Positions 37,921 to 48,375 of a DNA stretch of 64,000 nt are shown here, piece after piece; the stretch's first letter is position 1; the number at the start of each line of letters is the position of its first letter. Under the pieces are notes generated by a model. That model had not been told where the DNA came from, did not search any database, and saw nothing but the letters and a program-made list of their open reading frames with translations. Source of the DNA: Coraliomargaritaceae bacterium (lineage in GTDB: Bacteria; Verrucomicrobiota; Verrucomicrobiia; Opitutales; Coraliomargaritaceae); contig CBFHKU010000001.1 of assembly GCA_965656495.1 (NCBI GenBank), positions 306,781 through 370,780 of the forward strand, read 5' to 3'. A program made the translations under genes and the position numbers.

Positions 37921-40296
37921 ATGTTCATGTTAAAAACCTTTACTTCTATGTATACTTACGCCGTAAGCCGCTCTCTGCTATTGCTGAGTTTTTTGACACT
38001 GAGTGGAGCCTTGTTTGGCCTGCCGGATTTGCGGGTTGCAATACTCCGTGATGGTGCATCGACCTACTTCGACCGTTTGAATACTCAGTTTAAATCGGAA
38101 TTGGAAGGGCTCTCAGAGGGTAAGCGTCGCATCATATTTGAGGATTGTTTTGATGCGGGCTATGATCCTGTGCGTGTACGCGAGCATCTCGAAGAGGCCT
38201 TGAGTGATGAAGGTATAGATCTGGTTTTTGCGGGAGGGCTTTTGGCAACAAAATTCAGTCAAACACGCAATGGCTTGGAAAAGCCAGTGATTGGAGGCGC
38301 ACTCCAGTTCTCTCCGGTCGATTCCGATTTTTTATCATCCAGCGGAACTTCAACGATTCCAAATTATACCTTTATTGCGAGTCATCAGCGGGTATCGACC
38401 GATTTAAATCAATTGGAGTCACTTACGGGGGCGCGTAAAATCTATATATTGGTCGATGAAGTTTACCGTGAGGTGCTGCGTGAGCGCGTGGATGTTGATG
38501 GCTTGGTTGGGATAGAAGGGACAAATCGGACGTACCCGCTCATTTTTGTGGGAGCAGAGGCCGATGCCACCTTGAGGGCAATTCCGGCAGACGCGGAAGC
38601 CGTCTATGTGACGGTATTGCCGCGTATGAATGAAGCGGACATGCAGGCTCTATACAAAGGTTTAGCGAATCGAAAGTTACCCTCCATTGCAATGGCGGGT
38701 CGTAGCGGAGTCGAGCAGGGTGCTTTGTTTGGCTTGGCTCCCAACACACTGAATGCGGTGGCGCGGCGAGCAGCACTCAATGTGCATTTTCTGGCTTCCG
38801 GTGAAACCACCGAACAATTACCGGTTTATCTGCCAGTGCAGGATCAATTAGTGATCAACGCCGAAACTGCCCAAGCGATTTCATGGTCTCCGGATTATGA
38901 CACCAGTCTGGCAGCTGAATTTATAGGGCGGGAATTTCGGATGGAGGGCGAGGGCATGCGCCTTAATCAAGCCTTGGCTATGGCGAGTGAGTTGAATGCG
39001 GATGCTGAGATCGCACGTGAGGAGGCTGTGATATCGCAGTCAGATATGAAGTTGGCGCGCAGTAATTTATTGCCGCAGGTAAATTTGGTTGGGAGTGATG
39101 GTTATACGCGGATGTATGACCGCATCACTCCAAGCACCACCCCGCAAAGTAATAATCAATTGAGCCTTGGCCTACAGTTGCGTCAGGTACTTTTTAACGA
39201 TGCCTTGAGGACAAGTTTTAAAACCAGTAAGATGCAGTCCGAGGCATTAAAGCTACAGGCGCATTCGGTAGAGCTGGATGCGGTGGCAGCGGTTGCAAAA
39301 GCCTATTTTAACTGCCTGCGTAGTGAGTTATTCTACAAGATTGAACGGGATAATCTGCGCTTGACGGAAAACCACTATCAGATGGCGAAGTTGCGGGTTG
39401 AAATAGGCTCGGCAGATGAGGCGGAGATCTATCGATGGGAGCAATCGCGTGCGCAGGGTCGGGCGGCCTTAATTCAAGCGGAGGCGGCGCGACTGAACGC
39501 AGTGGTGGAGTTTAATCGGCTTCTTGGTTTTCCCGGCGGCAAGCAATGGGATTTTGAGTCGATTGAAATGAGTGAGCGGGATCTATTCTTTATGGATTCA
39601 TATCTACTACCCCTGCTGGGTAACGCGGATCAATTCATGCGATTTGGCGATTACTTGAAGCAATGCGCGGTGGAGTATTCCCCGGAATTGAAGGCCTTTG
39701 ATGAGCAGATTTTGGCACAGGGGCTGGTTCTGAAGCAAAAGAAACGGCGTTCTTACCTGCCCGAGGTCGCGCTTTCTGCAAGCCTCAGTCACTCCAACCG
39801 CGACAATGATTTTATTAACAGGGATTCTGAACATCAGGCCTATGCGGAATTGACCTTCACGCTGCCAATATACGAAGGGTATCGCAAAGGTGAGGAAATT
39901 ATAAAAGCGCAGAGAACCCTGCGTCTTTTGAATGCACAGCGCGAAAAGGCGATTCAGCAAGTCGAGGCGGCCGCGATGAATGCTTTTCATACGATCCTTT
40001 CAGCGCATCCAAATATTCGATTGAGTCGTGCTTCGCTGGAGGCGGCGCAATTAAACTTTGATTCCGTCAGTGAAAAATATGCCGAGGGTGCGGCGAGTAT
40101 TCTCGATTTGATTGACGCGCAGCAAAGCTTGCTGGCTCGCCGTCAGGGAGCGACGGGAGCGGTTTATGACTACCTCACTGCGATTTTCCAAGTGCAGCGT
40201 TCCATCGCCTGGTTTGAATTTCAACAGAACGAAGCGGCCCGCTCGGAATGGGCTGAAGGATTTGGAACCTTTCTGCGCACCAACTCTCAAAAATAG
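37921..40296 (+). CDS. TolC-family outer membrane factor fused to an N-terminal ABC substrate-binding-like domain
   Basis: C-terminal ~450 aa have OMF repeats (LLPQVNL, YLPEVAL, KYAEGAASILDLIDAQ); N-terminal ~330 aa end in VEQGALFG...QLPV...QLVINAETAQAI. Confidence 0.8.
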   Translation: MFMLKTFTSMYTYAVSRSLLLLSFLTLSGALFGLPDLRVAILRDGASTYFDRLNTQFKSELEGLSEGKRRIIFEDCFDAGYDPVRVREHLEEALSDEGIDLVFAGGLLATKFSQTRNGLEKPVIGGALQFSPVDSDFLSSSGTSTIPNYTFIASHQRVSTDLNQLESLTGARKIYILVDEVYREVLRERVDVDGLVGIEGTNRTYPLIFVGAEADATLRAIPADAEAVYVTVLPRMNEADMQALYKGLANRKLPSIAMAGRSGVEQGALFGLAPNTLNAVARRAALNVHFLASGETTEQLPVYLPVQDQLVINAETAQAISWSPDYDTSLAAEFIGREFRMEGEGMRLNQALAMASELNADAEIAREEAVISQSDMKLARSNLLPQVNLVGSDGYTRMYDRITPSTTPQSNNQLSLGLQLRQVLFNDALRTSFKTSKMQSEALKLQAHSVELDAVAAVAKAYFNCLRSELFYKIERDNLRLTENHYQMAKLRVEIGSADEAEIYRWEQSRAQGRAALIQAEAARLNAVVEFNRLLGFPGGKQWDFESIEMSERDLFFMDSYLLPLLGNADQFMRFGDYLKQCAVEYSPELKAFDEQILAQGLVLKQKKRRSYLPEVALSASLSHSNRDNDFINRDSEHQAYAELTFTLPIYEGYRKGEEIIKAQRTLRLLNAQREKAIQQVEAAAMNAFHTILSAHPNIRLSRASLEAAQLNFDSVSEKYAEGAASILDLIDAQQSLLARRQGATGAVYDYLTAIFQVQRSIAWFEFQQNEAARSEWAEGFGTFLRTNSQK

Positions 40297-40301
40297 ATTT
40301 T

Positions 40302-41351
40302 ATGAACCAACCCACTTGTAAGCTCTTAGCGAAATCCAGTCTCGTAATCGGATTTTTTCTTTTAATCGGGTGTAGCTCTGAAGAAGTAGCAAGCCCTCAG
40401 CCGCGTCTTGCCGAGTTTGTTTTGGTGCCGGCGCCTCAGGCCGAACTGGCGCGTAGTTTTTCGGGTATATTGCAATCCACGCAGGCGGTTAATTTATCGT
40501 TTGAAGTCGGCGGGCGCACGCAGGCGGTTTTAGCATCGCAGGGGCGTTCATACCCGGCGGGGGCGGTATTGGCTCGCTTGGATGCGACCGATTATGAGAC
40601 ACGCCTGGATGAAGCGAAAGCATTGCATACGCAGGCAACGCAGGATTTACGTCGTTTGCAGCGACTCTTTGAATCGGGTAACACGAGTCAAAGTCAGCTG
40701 GATGCCGCGATTGCACAGGAGATGCGCGCCCGGGCCAGTGATGAATTGGCACGTAAGCAAGTAGAGTATTGCACCTTAACGATGCCCTACGCTGGAATGG
40801 TGGCTTCGGTCGATGTGGATGCTCAAGAGGTTGTGAAGGCGGGGCAAACTGTCATGCGGGTGCAAGGTGAAGGTGCCATGCAATTTGAATTCAGCGTGCC
40901 TTCTAATTTGATTGCGCAGGTTGCGCCGGGGCAGGAATTGACGGTGCAGATTACGGATGCCGGTAAGTATGCCGCGCGGGTGAAAGAGGTTTCGCCCATC
41001 AGTGAGCAAAATGCCGCATATCCGGTGATTGCCCAATTGTTGAAAGTGGATGCTGCTTTGCGTGAGGGGATGGATGGCGAAGCATCGCTGGAATTTTCAA
41101 ATCCTGACGGTCAGTATTCAAGCTTGCCCCTTTCGTGTGTAAGCGGAGCGACCGGCGAGTCGCAATATGTCTGGGTCATCAAGGAGAACGGAACACCTGG
41201 AACCGGAAAACTAACGCGCCGTGAGGTGGAGGTGGGGCCTTTGTTGGCAGATGGAAAAATCGCCATTATGAAAGGACTTGCGGCTGAAGAGCGGGTGTTG
41301 AGTCGTGGCGTCAACCGCGCGGAGGAGGGACAGGAAGTCCGGCTTCAATAG
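40302..41351 (+). CDS. RND efflux periplasmic adaptor (MFP), lipoprotein
   Basis: LIGC lipobox, LSFEVGG, LTMPYAG, GLAAEERV. Confidence 0.9.
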   Translation: MNQPTCKLLAKSSLVIGFFLLIGCSSEEVASPQPRLAEFVLVPAPQAELARSFSGILQSTQAVNLSFEVGGRTQAVLASQGRSYPAGAVLARLDATDYETRLDEAKALHTQATQDLRRLQRLFESGNTSQSQLDAAIAQEMRARASDELARKQVEYCTLTMPYAGMVASVDVDAQEVVKAGQTVMRVQGEGAMQFEFSVPSNLIAQVAPGQELTVQITDAGKYAARVKEVSPISEQNAAYPVIAQLLKVDAALREGMDGEASLEFSNPDGQYSSLPLSCVSGATGESQYVWVIKENGTPGTGKLTRREVEVGPLLADGKIAIMKGLAAEERVLSRGVNRAEEGQEVRLQ

Positions 41352-41379
41352 ACCCCTTTTCCTCAAACCTATCTCAACA

Positions 41380-44300
41380 ATGCTGAATCCCACAAAGCTT
41401 TCTCTGGAGAATAACCGTACCACATTGGTGCTGTATGGCATGCTCATGCTTATGGGCATCGCATCTTATTTTAATATCGGGCGTCTGGAATATCCTGAGA
41501 TTACGATTCGAAGTGCTCAGGTTGTTACCCAATATCCCGGGCGCAGTTCAATCGAAGTGGAACAGGAGGTCACGAATGCCCTTGAGCAGGCGATTCGACA
41601 AATGCCGGAAGTGGATACAATCGCATCCACCTCAAAACCGGATCTTTCGATTCTCAGCGTTTCTATTAAAAGTAGTTACAATGATTTGGACCGCGTTTGG
41701 CAAGATATGCGCAATATCGTCAATGAAACGCGCCTGCCCAGCGGAGCCGTTAAACCTTTGGTCAATGACAGCTTTGGCGATGTTTTTCCATATGTGTATG
41801 CCTTGCGCTCAGACGGCTTTTCGGCGGCTCAGATGTTGGATTATGCGGAGGATATTCGCGACGCGCTCTTGGCAACTGATGGAGTTGGCAAGGTCGAACT
41901 ACACGGCGTGCAAGAAGAATACATCTACCTTGATTTTTCTTCCAGTGAATTGGCGGCAAAGGGGATTTCACCGAGTCAATTAGCGCAGCAACTCAGTCAA
42001 CAAAACGCGATTGCTTCCAGTGGCAGTGTGCGTGCCGGTCAGGAGCGTCTCAATCTCGTGACACTTGGGGAGTTTAAGACCCTCCAGGAGTTGGCTGATT
42101 ACCGCATCGCGATCCCGGGGGAATCCGGAAGCTTGCGTGTATCCGATTTGGTAAGGGTGCGACGCGGATATGTGGAACCGGCGAAGTCGAGAACGCACTT
42201 TAATGGCGAGCGGGTGATTTGTCTCGCCGTTTCAATGGTCTCTGGTGAAGCGGTCACGGAGGTAGGCGAACGGATAGAGAAAGTAATGGAAGGCATGGAG
42301 GCTGATTTGCCGCTTGGCTTGGACATCGAGACGATGTTCTACCAGCCGGAATATGTGGAGCAATCCATTCGCAATTTTATCGTCAACCTTGGGCAGGCAT
42401 TCTTTTTTGTGATTTTGGTGATGTTCCTTTTTGCGGGGATGCGACTGGCGCTGATTGTTGCGATCCTTATTCCCTCCACGATATTGATGTCGTTTGCTTT
42501 GATGCCGAGTTTTGATGTGGAGTTAGAGATGATGTCGATTGCGGCGCTCATCATCGCTTTGGGCTTATTGGTGGACAATGCGGTGGTTGTTTCGGAGCAG
42601 GTGCTGGTGCGTTTAGGGAAGGGGCAGGACCGAAAAACTGCGGTAATTGAGGCTGGAAAGGGCTTAATGATTCCACTTTTGGCGGCGAGTGCTACCACGA
42701 TTGCGGCGTTTTCACCGGTGGCGTTAGCGGAAGGAGGATCTTCGGAATTTACGCGCAGTCTTTTCGTGGTGGTTTCGCTCAGTTTGCTCTCCAGTTGGCT
42801 GCTTTCGATGACGATTATTCCGATGGCTTGTTACAGTTTCCTCAAGCCGTTGAAGCGCGACACCTTTATTGGCCGCCAGCTTGCGCGGTGCTATGACCCC
42901 TATGAGCGCTTATTGCGTTTTGCTTTGCGCATGCGTTGGTTTTATCCCGTTTTGATTTTAGCTTTAACGGTGCTTGCGGGAATGGCTTTTAAAATGGTGC
43001 CGAGTATATTCTTCCCGCCAAATGAGCGCGGGCAATTTGTCATTAATTTTGAATTACCAATTGGCACTGACATTGTTGAAACAGAGCGGCAGGTTTCCGA
43101 ACTGGAAACGTGGCTTCTCGAGGCTAATGCAGACCGTGTGCAAAGTGTATCAACTTGGATTGGAAATGGTGGCCCGCGCTGGTACCTGGCGCTTTCTCCT
43201 GAGGCCGCCAATCCAAATTATGCTCTCTTTTCAGTCATTACAAAGACCGAGGACCCCGCAGTATTAAATCGTTTTCTGCAAACAATAAGCGCATACGCTG
43301 AGGAAGCATTTCCGGATGCCCGGGTTCAACCGCAGGCATTGGAGAACGGTCCGGCGGTGGGGGACCCCATTCAGATCCGTCTTTATGGCAAGGATCTGGA
43401 TACTCTTTACGGCTTGCGGGATCGCATTGTCGAGACGATCCGAAACGTTTCCGGCCTGCATAGTTTGCGGGATAGCTGGGGCGCATGGATTAAACAGGTC
43501 GAGATTGATCCCGACCCGGTGCGATCCGCTCGATTGGGCTTAAGCACGGATGCCATTGCGGAAAGTTTGAATCTGCAATTTTCTGGGCTGACCGTGACCT
43601 CTTTTCGCGAGGCTGATAAATCGATTCCAGTGCGTCTGCGTGCCCAGGATGATTTCAGGGCACAACTGGAGCGTCTTCGGGATGTTCCGATTTTTGACGG
43701 CGTTAATAGTTTCGTTCCTTTGGGGCAAGTTGCCGATGTGCGGGTGCGGTTTCAACCGGGCTCAATTATACGAGAAAATACGGAGCGTACTATGACGATC
43801 AAAGGGCGAGTGCACGGGCGTTATGCCAGCGAGGTACTGCAGGATATTGTGCCGCTTTTGGATGACTTAACGGAAGGCGGGGAATGGCCGCGTGGTTACC
43901 GCATTGAATACGGCGGTGAAATTGAAGAAAGTAGCGAATCACAAAAAAATCTAGCCGCAGTCATGCCCCTTGCAATGGCTATGCTGTCGCTGATTCTTAT
44001 CGTTCAGTTCAATAGCCTTCGCCGTTTTGCTATTATTATGCTTACCATTCCACCTATGTTGGTGGGGGTAACGCCGGGTCTATTGCTGACCGGTTCTTCC
44101 TTTGGTTTCATGACCCTTCTGGGTATGATCGCCCTGCTGGGTATTATCGTTAATAATGCCATCCTTTTGATTGACGAAATCAATCAAAAGCTGGAGGGCG
44201 GCCTCGCGCTGACCGAGGCAATAATAGCTGCTTGCCGTTCACGTTTACGACCGATTCTTTTGACGACCTGCACGACCATCATCGGGCTGCTACCGCTTGC

Positions 44301-44454
44301 GCTGGGTGGCGGAGGGATGTGGAGTTCTATGGCATTTGCCATGATGTTTGGGCTCGGTTTTGCAACGGCGCTTACCCTCATGCTTTGTCCGGTGCTTTTC
44401 TATCTCTTCTTCCGAAGAAGCTACCCTGAAGATCCTGCAAGTTTACAAGGATAG
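41380..44454 (+). CDS. RND efflux permease (AcrB/AcrD/AcrF family)
   Basis: EVEQEVT, GLLVDNAVVV, GIIVNNAILL, RLRPILLT. Confidence 0.95.
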   Translation: MLNPTKLSLENNRTTLVLYGMLMLMGIASYFNIGRLEYPEITIRSAQVVTQYPGRSSIEVEQEVTNALEQAIRQMPEVDTIASTSKPDLSILSVSIKSSYNDLDRVWQDMRNIVNETRLPSGAVKPLVNDSFGDVFPYVYALRSDGFSAAQMLDYAEDIRDALLATDGVGKVELHGVQEEYIYLDFSSSELAAKGISPSQLAQQLSQQNAIASSGSVRAGQERLNLVTLGEFKTLQELADYRIAIPGESGSLRVSDLVRVRRGYVEPAKSRTHFNGERVICLAVSMVSGEAVTEVGERIEKVMEGMEADLPLGLDIETMFYQPEYVEQSIRNFIVNLGQAFFFVILVMFLFAGMRLALIVAILIPSTILMSFALMPSFDVELEMMSIAALIIALGLLVDNAVVVSEQVLVRLGKGQDRKTAVIEAGKGLMIPLLAASATTIAAFSPVALAEGGSSEFTRSLFVVVSLSLLSSWLLSMTIIPMACYSFLKPLKRDTFIGRQLARCYDPYERLLRFALRMRWFYPVLILALTVLAGMAFKMVPSIFFPPNERGQFVINFELPIGTDIVETERQVSELETWLLEANADRVQSVSTWIGNGGPRWYLALSPEAANPNYALFSVITKTEDPAVLNRFLQTISAYAEEAFPDARVQPQALENGPAVGDPIQIRLYGKDLDTLYGLRDRIVETIRNVSGLHSLRDSWGAWIKQVEIDPDPVRSARLGLSTDAIAESLNLQFSGLTVTSFREADKSIPVRLRAQDDFRAQLERLRDVPIFDGVNSFVPLGQVADVRVRFQPGSIIRENTERTMTIKGRVHGRYASEVLQDIVPLLDDLTEGGEWPRGYRIEYGGEIEESSESQKNLAAVMPLAMAMLSLILIVQFNSLRRFAIIMLTIPPMLVGVTPGLLLTGSSFGFMTLLGMIALLGIIVNNAILLIDEINQKLEGGLALTEAIIAACRSRLRPILLTTCTTIIGLLPLALGGGGMWSSMAFAMMFGLGFATALTLMLCPVLFYLFFRRSYPEDPASLQG

Positions 44455-44467
44455 CTGAAATCCAGAT

Positions 44468-44499
44468 GGATATTCTTGTGGATTTTGTCTTAAGGTGAG
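44468..44499 (+). repeat. right copy of 32-bp direct repeat
   Basis: GGATATTCTTGTGGATTTTGTCTTAAGGTGAG; reads DILVDFVLR* versus DILVDFVLK*. Confidence 0.92.
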
Positions 44500-44565
44500 C
44501 TTGCCGACCGATACTGGTGTAAATGAACGCTTGTTTTGAGGATCATTAAGCGCTAGTCTGGAAGC

Positions 44566-45060
44566 GTGATGTTTCATGAAGAAGTGAGTAAATTTTGGAT
44601 CTTCTTATTGGTATGCCTGGCAGTTTATCATCTGCAGGCAGGGGAATTTCGAAAATTTACCAGCGTGGAAGGATCTGTCATTGTTGCGGAATTATTAGAG
44701 GCCTCAGAAAGTTGTATCAGTCTGCGGCGTGATGATGGCCTTATTTTCAAGGACGTGCCGCTTGAGCGCTTCAGTGAATATGACCGTCACTACATAGAAA
44801 TATGGATTTCGAAATCCGGGATCTCCGGTCGTCCGCCCATCTACCGCGTCGACGTCGGAGGGTCGCCTGCTGGATCTCAATGCTATTGTAACAGTCGATG
44901 GTCCTATGATGTTGTCCGGAGCGAAGACGCGGTCATTTTCATATCGAGACCGGTGCAAGTTCCCTGTCGCCGGCACTTCATGTCAGTTGCTGCGGGCAAA
45001 TTAACTCCCCGCATCCAGATTTTTGGAAGTGATGGCAAGCGTGTGCTGGTGGTGAAATAG
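44566..45060 (+). CDS. secreted protein with SHD1-like N-terminal domain
   Basis: FRKFTSVEG..IVAEL...LRRDDG...VPLERFSEYDRHYI. Confidence 0.65.
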   Translation: MMFHEEVSKFWIFLLVCLAVYHLQAGEFRKFTSVEGSVIVAELLEASESCISLRRDDGLIFKDVPLERFSEYDRHYIEIWISKSGISGRPPIYRVDVGGSPAGSQCYCNSRWSYDVVRSEDAVIFISRPVQVPCRRHFMSVAAGKLTPRIQIFGSDGKRVLVVK

Positions 45061-45158
45061 GGAAATTGTTGGCATATCTAAGCACGCAGTTTAAGCGAGG
45101 TATAAAAATTTAAAATTTATGTTTAAAACTTTTATAAAATCATAATAAGGTTAATTGT

Positions 45159-45938
45159 ATGAACGTTTATAATTTGGGCACAGGTCTTATATCCAGAATT
45201 GCTTTATTAGGTGTTTTTATTTTTTGCAGCCTCAAGCTCGCAGGGGGTGACTTTCGTGAATTTTCCAATTCGGACGGTGTGCGTATTGAAGCGGAGGTGC
45301 TGGAAGCGACCGCAACGGTAGTCACGATACGGAGGCAGGACGGCAAGGTTTTTAGAGATGTTCCTCTGGAGCGATTCTGTAAAGCGGATCGCAATTATGT
45401 GAAACAATGGCTTGCTAATAAAAAGGAACTTCAGGACAACGCCGATATCAGCGCGGATTCCAAAGTGAAGCTGTTCTTCATGAAGGGGAGGGATGACGAC
45501 ATGAACGATTACGGGGATATTGATGATCGCATCTTAAATTTTGAGCCGGCGGTGGTGATTACAAGCGAGGAAAAGATTGTATCCTATCCGGATGTTGAGG
45601 GCACCTTTGTAGTGGTCGGGCAGGGGGTTGTTAGGGACGACCAATATACGATTCTGAATAAACAGGATTTCTCAATCGGGGTTTTTCCAAGGCAGAAATC
45701 CCGATGGGAAGGGGAATCGTTTGAATGCCGCTATGATCCCGACTACGGGGGCTTTGAATATGGGGGTTATCTTTTGGTGATTCGTAATCGCGCTGGAAAT
45801 ATCGTCCTCACCAAAGCCTCCAAGTCGCACTGGGAGAAGCATCCAAACGCTATTCTGAATGCGAAGAAATTTCAGGGCTACGATTCAAAATTCGAGAAGA
45901 AATCCAGCTTGTACACAACCTTTGGGATCCCGCGTTAG
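45159..45938 (+). CDS. secreted protein with SHD1-like N-terminal domain
   Basis: FREFSNSDG..IEAEV...IRRQDG...VPLERFCKADRNYV. Confidence 0.72.
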   Translation: MNVYNLGTGLISRIALLGVFIFCSLKLAGGDFREFSNSDGVRIEAEVLEATATVVTIRRQDGKVFRDVPLERFCKADRNYVKQWLANKKELQDNADISADSKVKLFFMKGRDDDMNDYGDIDDRILNFEPAVVITSEEKIVSYPDVEGTFVVVGQGVVRDDQYTILNKQDFSIGVFPRQKSRWEGESFECRYDPDYGGFEYGGYLLVIRNRAGNIVLTKASKSHWEKHPNAILNAKKFQGYDSKFEKKSSLYTTFGIPR

Positions 45939-45951
45939 GAAACAGAGACAC

Positions 45952-46683
45952 TCAACCGAAGCGGCGGTGCATGGTGGATAACGGAAAATTTTTACCGGGG
46001 CAGACGGTTTGCTCGCCCTTGATTTCGCGGTGACCGGCGAAGCGAACTTTGCGGCGCAGAACCGAGCTCTGCAGCCAATCCACGAGGAGGGTAAAGGATT
46101 GCAGTTGCTTGCGGGTGGGGCGCTCGATCTCGAAATTCCCGACGAGGCAGATGCCGATCGCAACGAGGTTGAGCTGGTGGTTTTTGACGTGCCCGCCCTG
46201 GAGTTGTTGGGTCCAGCGGGGACCGACCTCGATTTGACCATCGCCGGAGTCGATGCCGTTGCCAATGACGAAGTGGTAGGCGAGCCCGTTTTGCATTCCG
46301 CGTTTGCGGTGGGTGCGTCCGTAGGATTCGGCGTTGCCTTTTTTGATGGCGCTGTGGTGCGCGATGATGGCCTGCCAATTGGAACGCTTAACGTTGATGC
46401 GTGCGGTCTCGGCGCGCACGGTGCGGAGGGGGTCGAAGTTGGCGGCGGCCTGCGCTGGAATGATGAGTTTTTGCCCGACTTGGATGAGGTCAGTGCGCAG
46501 GTTGTTGCTGCGTTTAAGGGCGGAGACGGTCGTACCGTAGCGCTGGGCGAGTCCGCTGAGGGTGTCGCCGCGTTTGACGGTGTGAATACCGGAACCGGCT
46601 GCCAGTGCCTCGCTTAGGAGGACCGGGCTCACTGTGGCGGTGAGCAGGGCATTGCGGGTAAAGTCTCGGCGGCTACAAGGCAT
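45952..46683 (-). CDS. LysM + N-acetylmuramoyl-L-alanine amidase (Amidase_2), Tat signal
   Basis: SRRDF Tat motif, [11 protein letters not shown]ys[34 protein letters not shown]. Confidence 0.9.
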   Translation of the reverse strand: MPCSRRDFTRNALLTATVSPVLLSEALAAGSGIHTVKRGDTLSGLAQRYGTTVSALKRSNNLRTDLIQVGQKLIIPAQAAANFDPLRTVRAETARINVKRSNWQAIIAHHSAIKKGNAESYGRTHRKRGMQNGLAYHFVIGNGIDSGDGQIEVGPRWTQQLQGGHVKNHQLNLVAIGICLVGNFEIERPTRKQLQSFTLLVDWLQSSVLRRKVRFAGHREIKGEQTVCPGKNFPLSTMHRRFG

Positions 46684-46773
46684 TTGTCTGGAACTTATCA
46701 AATACATTTCCAAAGCCAATCCAAATTTATCCATGCTCGCCAAAAGTCCTTTCAACGATTTTGTTGCATGGGA

Positions 46774-48261
46774 ATGGAAACAAGTCTGAGACAATATGCT
46801 TTGGGTGAATCGCTGGTGGCGAGTCCGCACTCGGTGGTGGGTTGCCTGCCAACGATGGCGGATGTGCGCGCCTACGAGGAAAAAGAATCGCGGGTCTGGT
46901 CGGCGCTGGAAGGGGGGTACCCGCGCTTTGTGGAGCATGTCTGGGTGCGGGAATTGAAGGCATTTTATATGGAGCGTGCCGGGCTGGAAATCACAGATGC
47001 CGCGCTGCTGCGGGGCGAGCCGGCCCTTGCGTCGCTCACGGATTTATTGGGTGGGGACTTCCGCTCCCTCGAAGTGGAACCGGGGCTTTTTCTGGTATGG
47101 CTCGAAGGCGCTGCTGATAGCAAGGCGCTCATGAAATACATTCAGCATACCGGTTGCGGGATCTCTTCCCGCGAGGCGGAGGACTGGCTCGTAACGCATA
47201 GCCTGAAAGCGTCGGTCTTTGAAGAAGCGACTTATGCAGGCGATGCCGATGCGGCGGTGCGGAGCGAACTGGCGCGTCTGACCGGTGCGAAGCCTTCGGA
47301 AATATGGCCCTGCGCCTCCGGTATGAATGCCTTTTACAGCGCGTTTCGAGCGATACAGTCGGTGCAGCGCGCGCGTGGTCGCCGGCGTTGGTTGCAACTG
47401 GGCTGGCTTTACGTCGATTCGGGATCGATCCTCGAAAAATATCTTGGAGCAGGAGAAGAACTGGAAATTTGTCACCGTGTTGAAAGTGTTGAATCCGTCT
47501 TGGAGGCGATTGCGAATTGTGGCGAGGAACTCGCGGCGCTCGTGGTGGAATGTCCTTCCAACCCGCTCATTAAAAGTTGTGATTTAACACGCATCGCGGC
47601 GGCGGTACGGGCGCAGGGCGGTATGATGCTGATCGACCCCACCATCGCCTCGGTCTATGCGGTCGATGTCCTGAAATACGCCGATGTGTTGGCGACCAGT
47701 CTCACGAAATACGCCGGGCATGGAGCGGATCTCATGACCGGGGCGCTGGTCTTGAATACGGACTCAAGCCATGCCGCCGATTTGCGGCCCGGGCTGGAGC
47801 GATGGCATCTAAAGCCCTACGCCCGCGACCTGGCACGTCTGGCTGAGAGTATGCAGGACGCGCCCGCGAGAGTTGCCGCTATGCAGGAAAATGCCAAACG
47901 ATTGCGCGCATTCCTCGAAGCCCATCCCGCGGTGGAACGCGTCCACGCATCCACCGGTGCGGCTTTTGAAGCGATTGCCAAAGAAGCCGACTGCGTGGTT
48001 CCCTTGTTTTCAATCGTCTTAAAAGGTTCGATGGAGCGCTTCTACGATGCCGTCACCGTAATGAAAGGCCCCAGCTTCGGCGCCGACCGCACCATTCTTT
48101 GTCCCTTCATGTATCTCGCGCATTACGACCTCGTCACTTCCCAAGCCGGGCGCAGTCAATTGCAAGCCGCCGGAATCGACCCGGATTTGATACGCATCGC
48201 GGTCGGCACCGAGCCCTACGAGGAACTCGAAGCGGTCTTCGCCGCCGCCCTCGAAGCCTGA
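46774..48261 (+). CDS. PLP-dependent Cys/Met metabolism enzyme (cystathionine gamma-synthase-like)
   Basis: GYPRF, ASGMNA, ECPSNP, SLTKY, KGPSFG, LIRIAVG. Confidence 0.85.
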   Translation: METSLRQYALGESLVASPHSVVGCLPTMADVRAYEEKESRVWSALEGGYPRFVEHVWVRELKAFYMERAGLEITDAALLRGEPALASLTDLLGGDFRSLEVEPGLFLVWLEGAADSKALMKYIQHTGCGISSREAEDWLVTHSLKASVFEEATYAGDADAAVRSELARLTGAKPSEIWPCASGMNAFYSAFRAIQSVQRARGRRRWLQLGWLYVDSGSILEKYLGAGEELEICHRVESVESVLEAIANCGEELAALVVECPSNPLIKSCDLTRIAAAVRAQGGMMLIDPTIASVYAVDVLKYADVLATSLTKYAGHGADLMTGALVLNTDSSHAADLRPGLERWHLKPYARDLARLAESMQDAPARVAAMQENAKRLRAFLEAHPAVERVHASTGAAFEAIAKEADCVVPLFSIVLKGSMERFYDAVTVMKGPSFGADRTILCPFMYLAHYDLVTSQAGRSQLQAAGIDPDLIRIAVGTEPYEELEAVFAAALEA

Positions 48262-48346
48262 AGCGCGGGCAAATTCGGCGTGGGCGTCGGGAGCGAATCG
48301 GGCTCATGGCTGGGTCGTATGCAAGTCTCAGCGGCTTTTTGAGTAG

Positions 48347-48363
48347 TTGGCAAAAAAACTGCT
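48347..48363 (+). promoter_or_regulatory. putative sigma-54 (-24/-12) promoter
   Basis: TTGGCAAAAAAACTGCT: GG (48349)-N10-GC (48361), 13 nt before the ATG. Confidence 0.55.
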
Positions 48364-48375
48364 TAGAGGACGCTT

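Noticed and set aside
45069..45085. Sigma-54-like TTGGCATATCTAAGCA
   Set aside because: GG-GC spacing is 9 nt, not the required 10.
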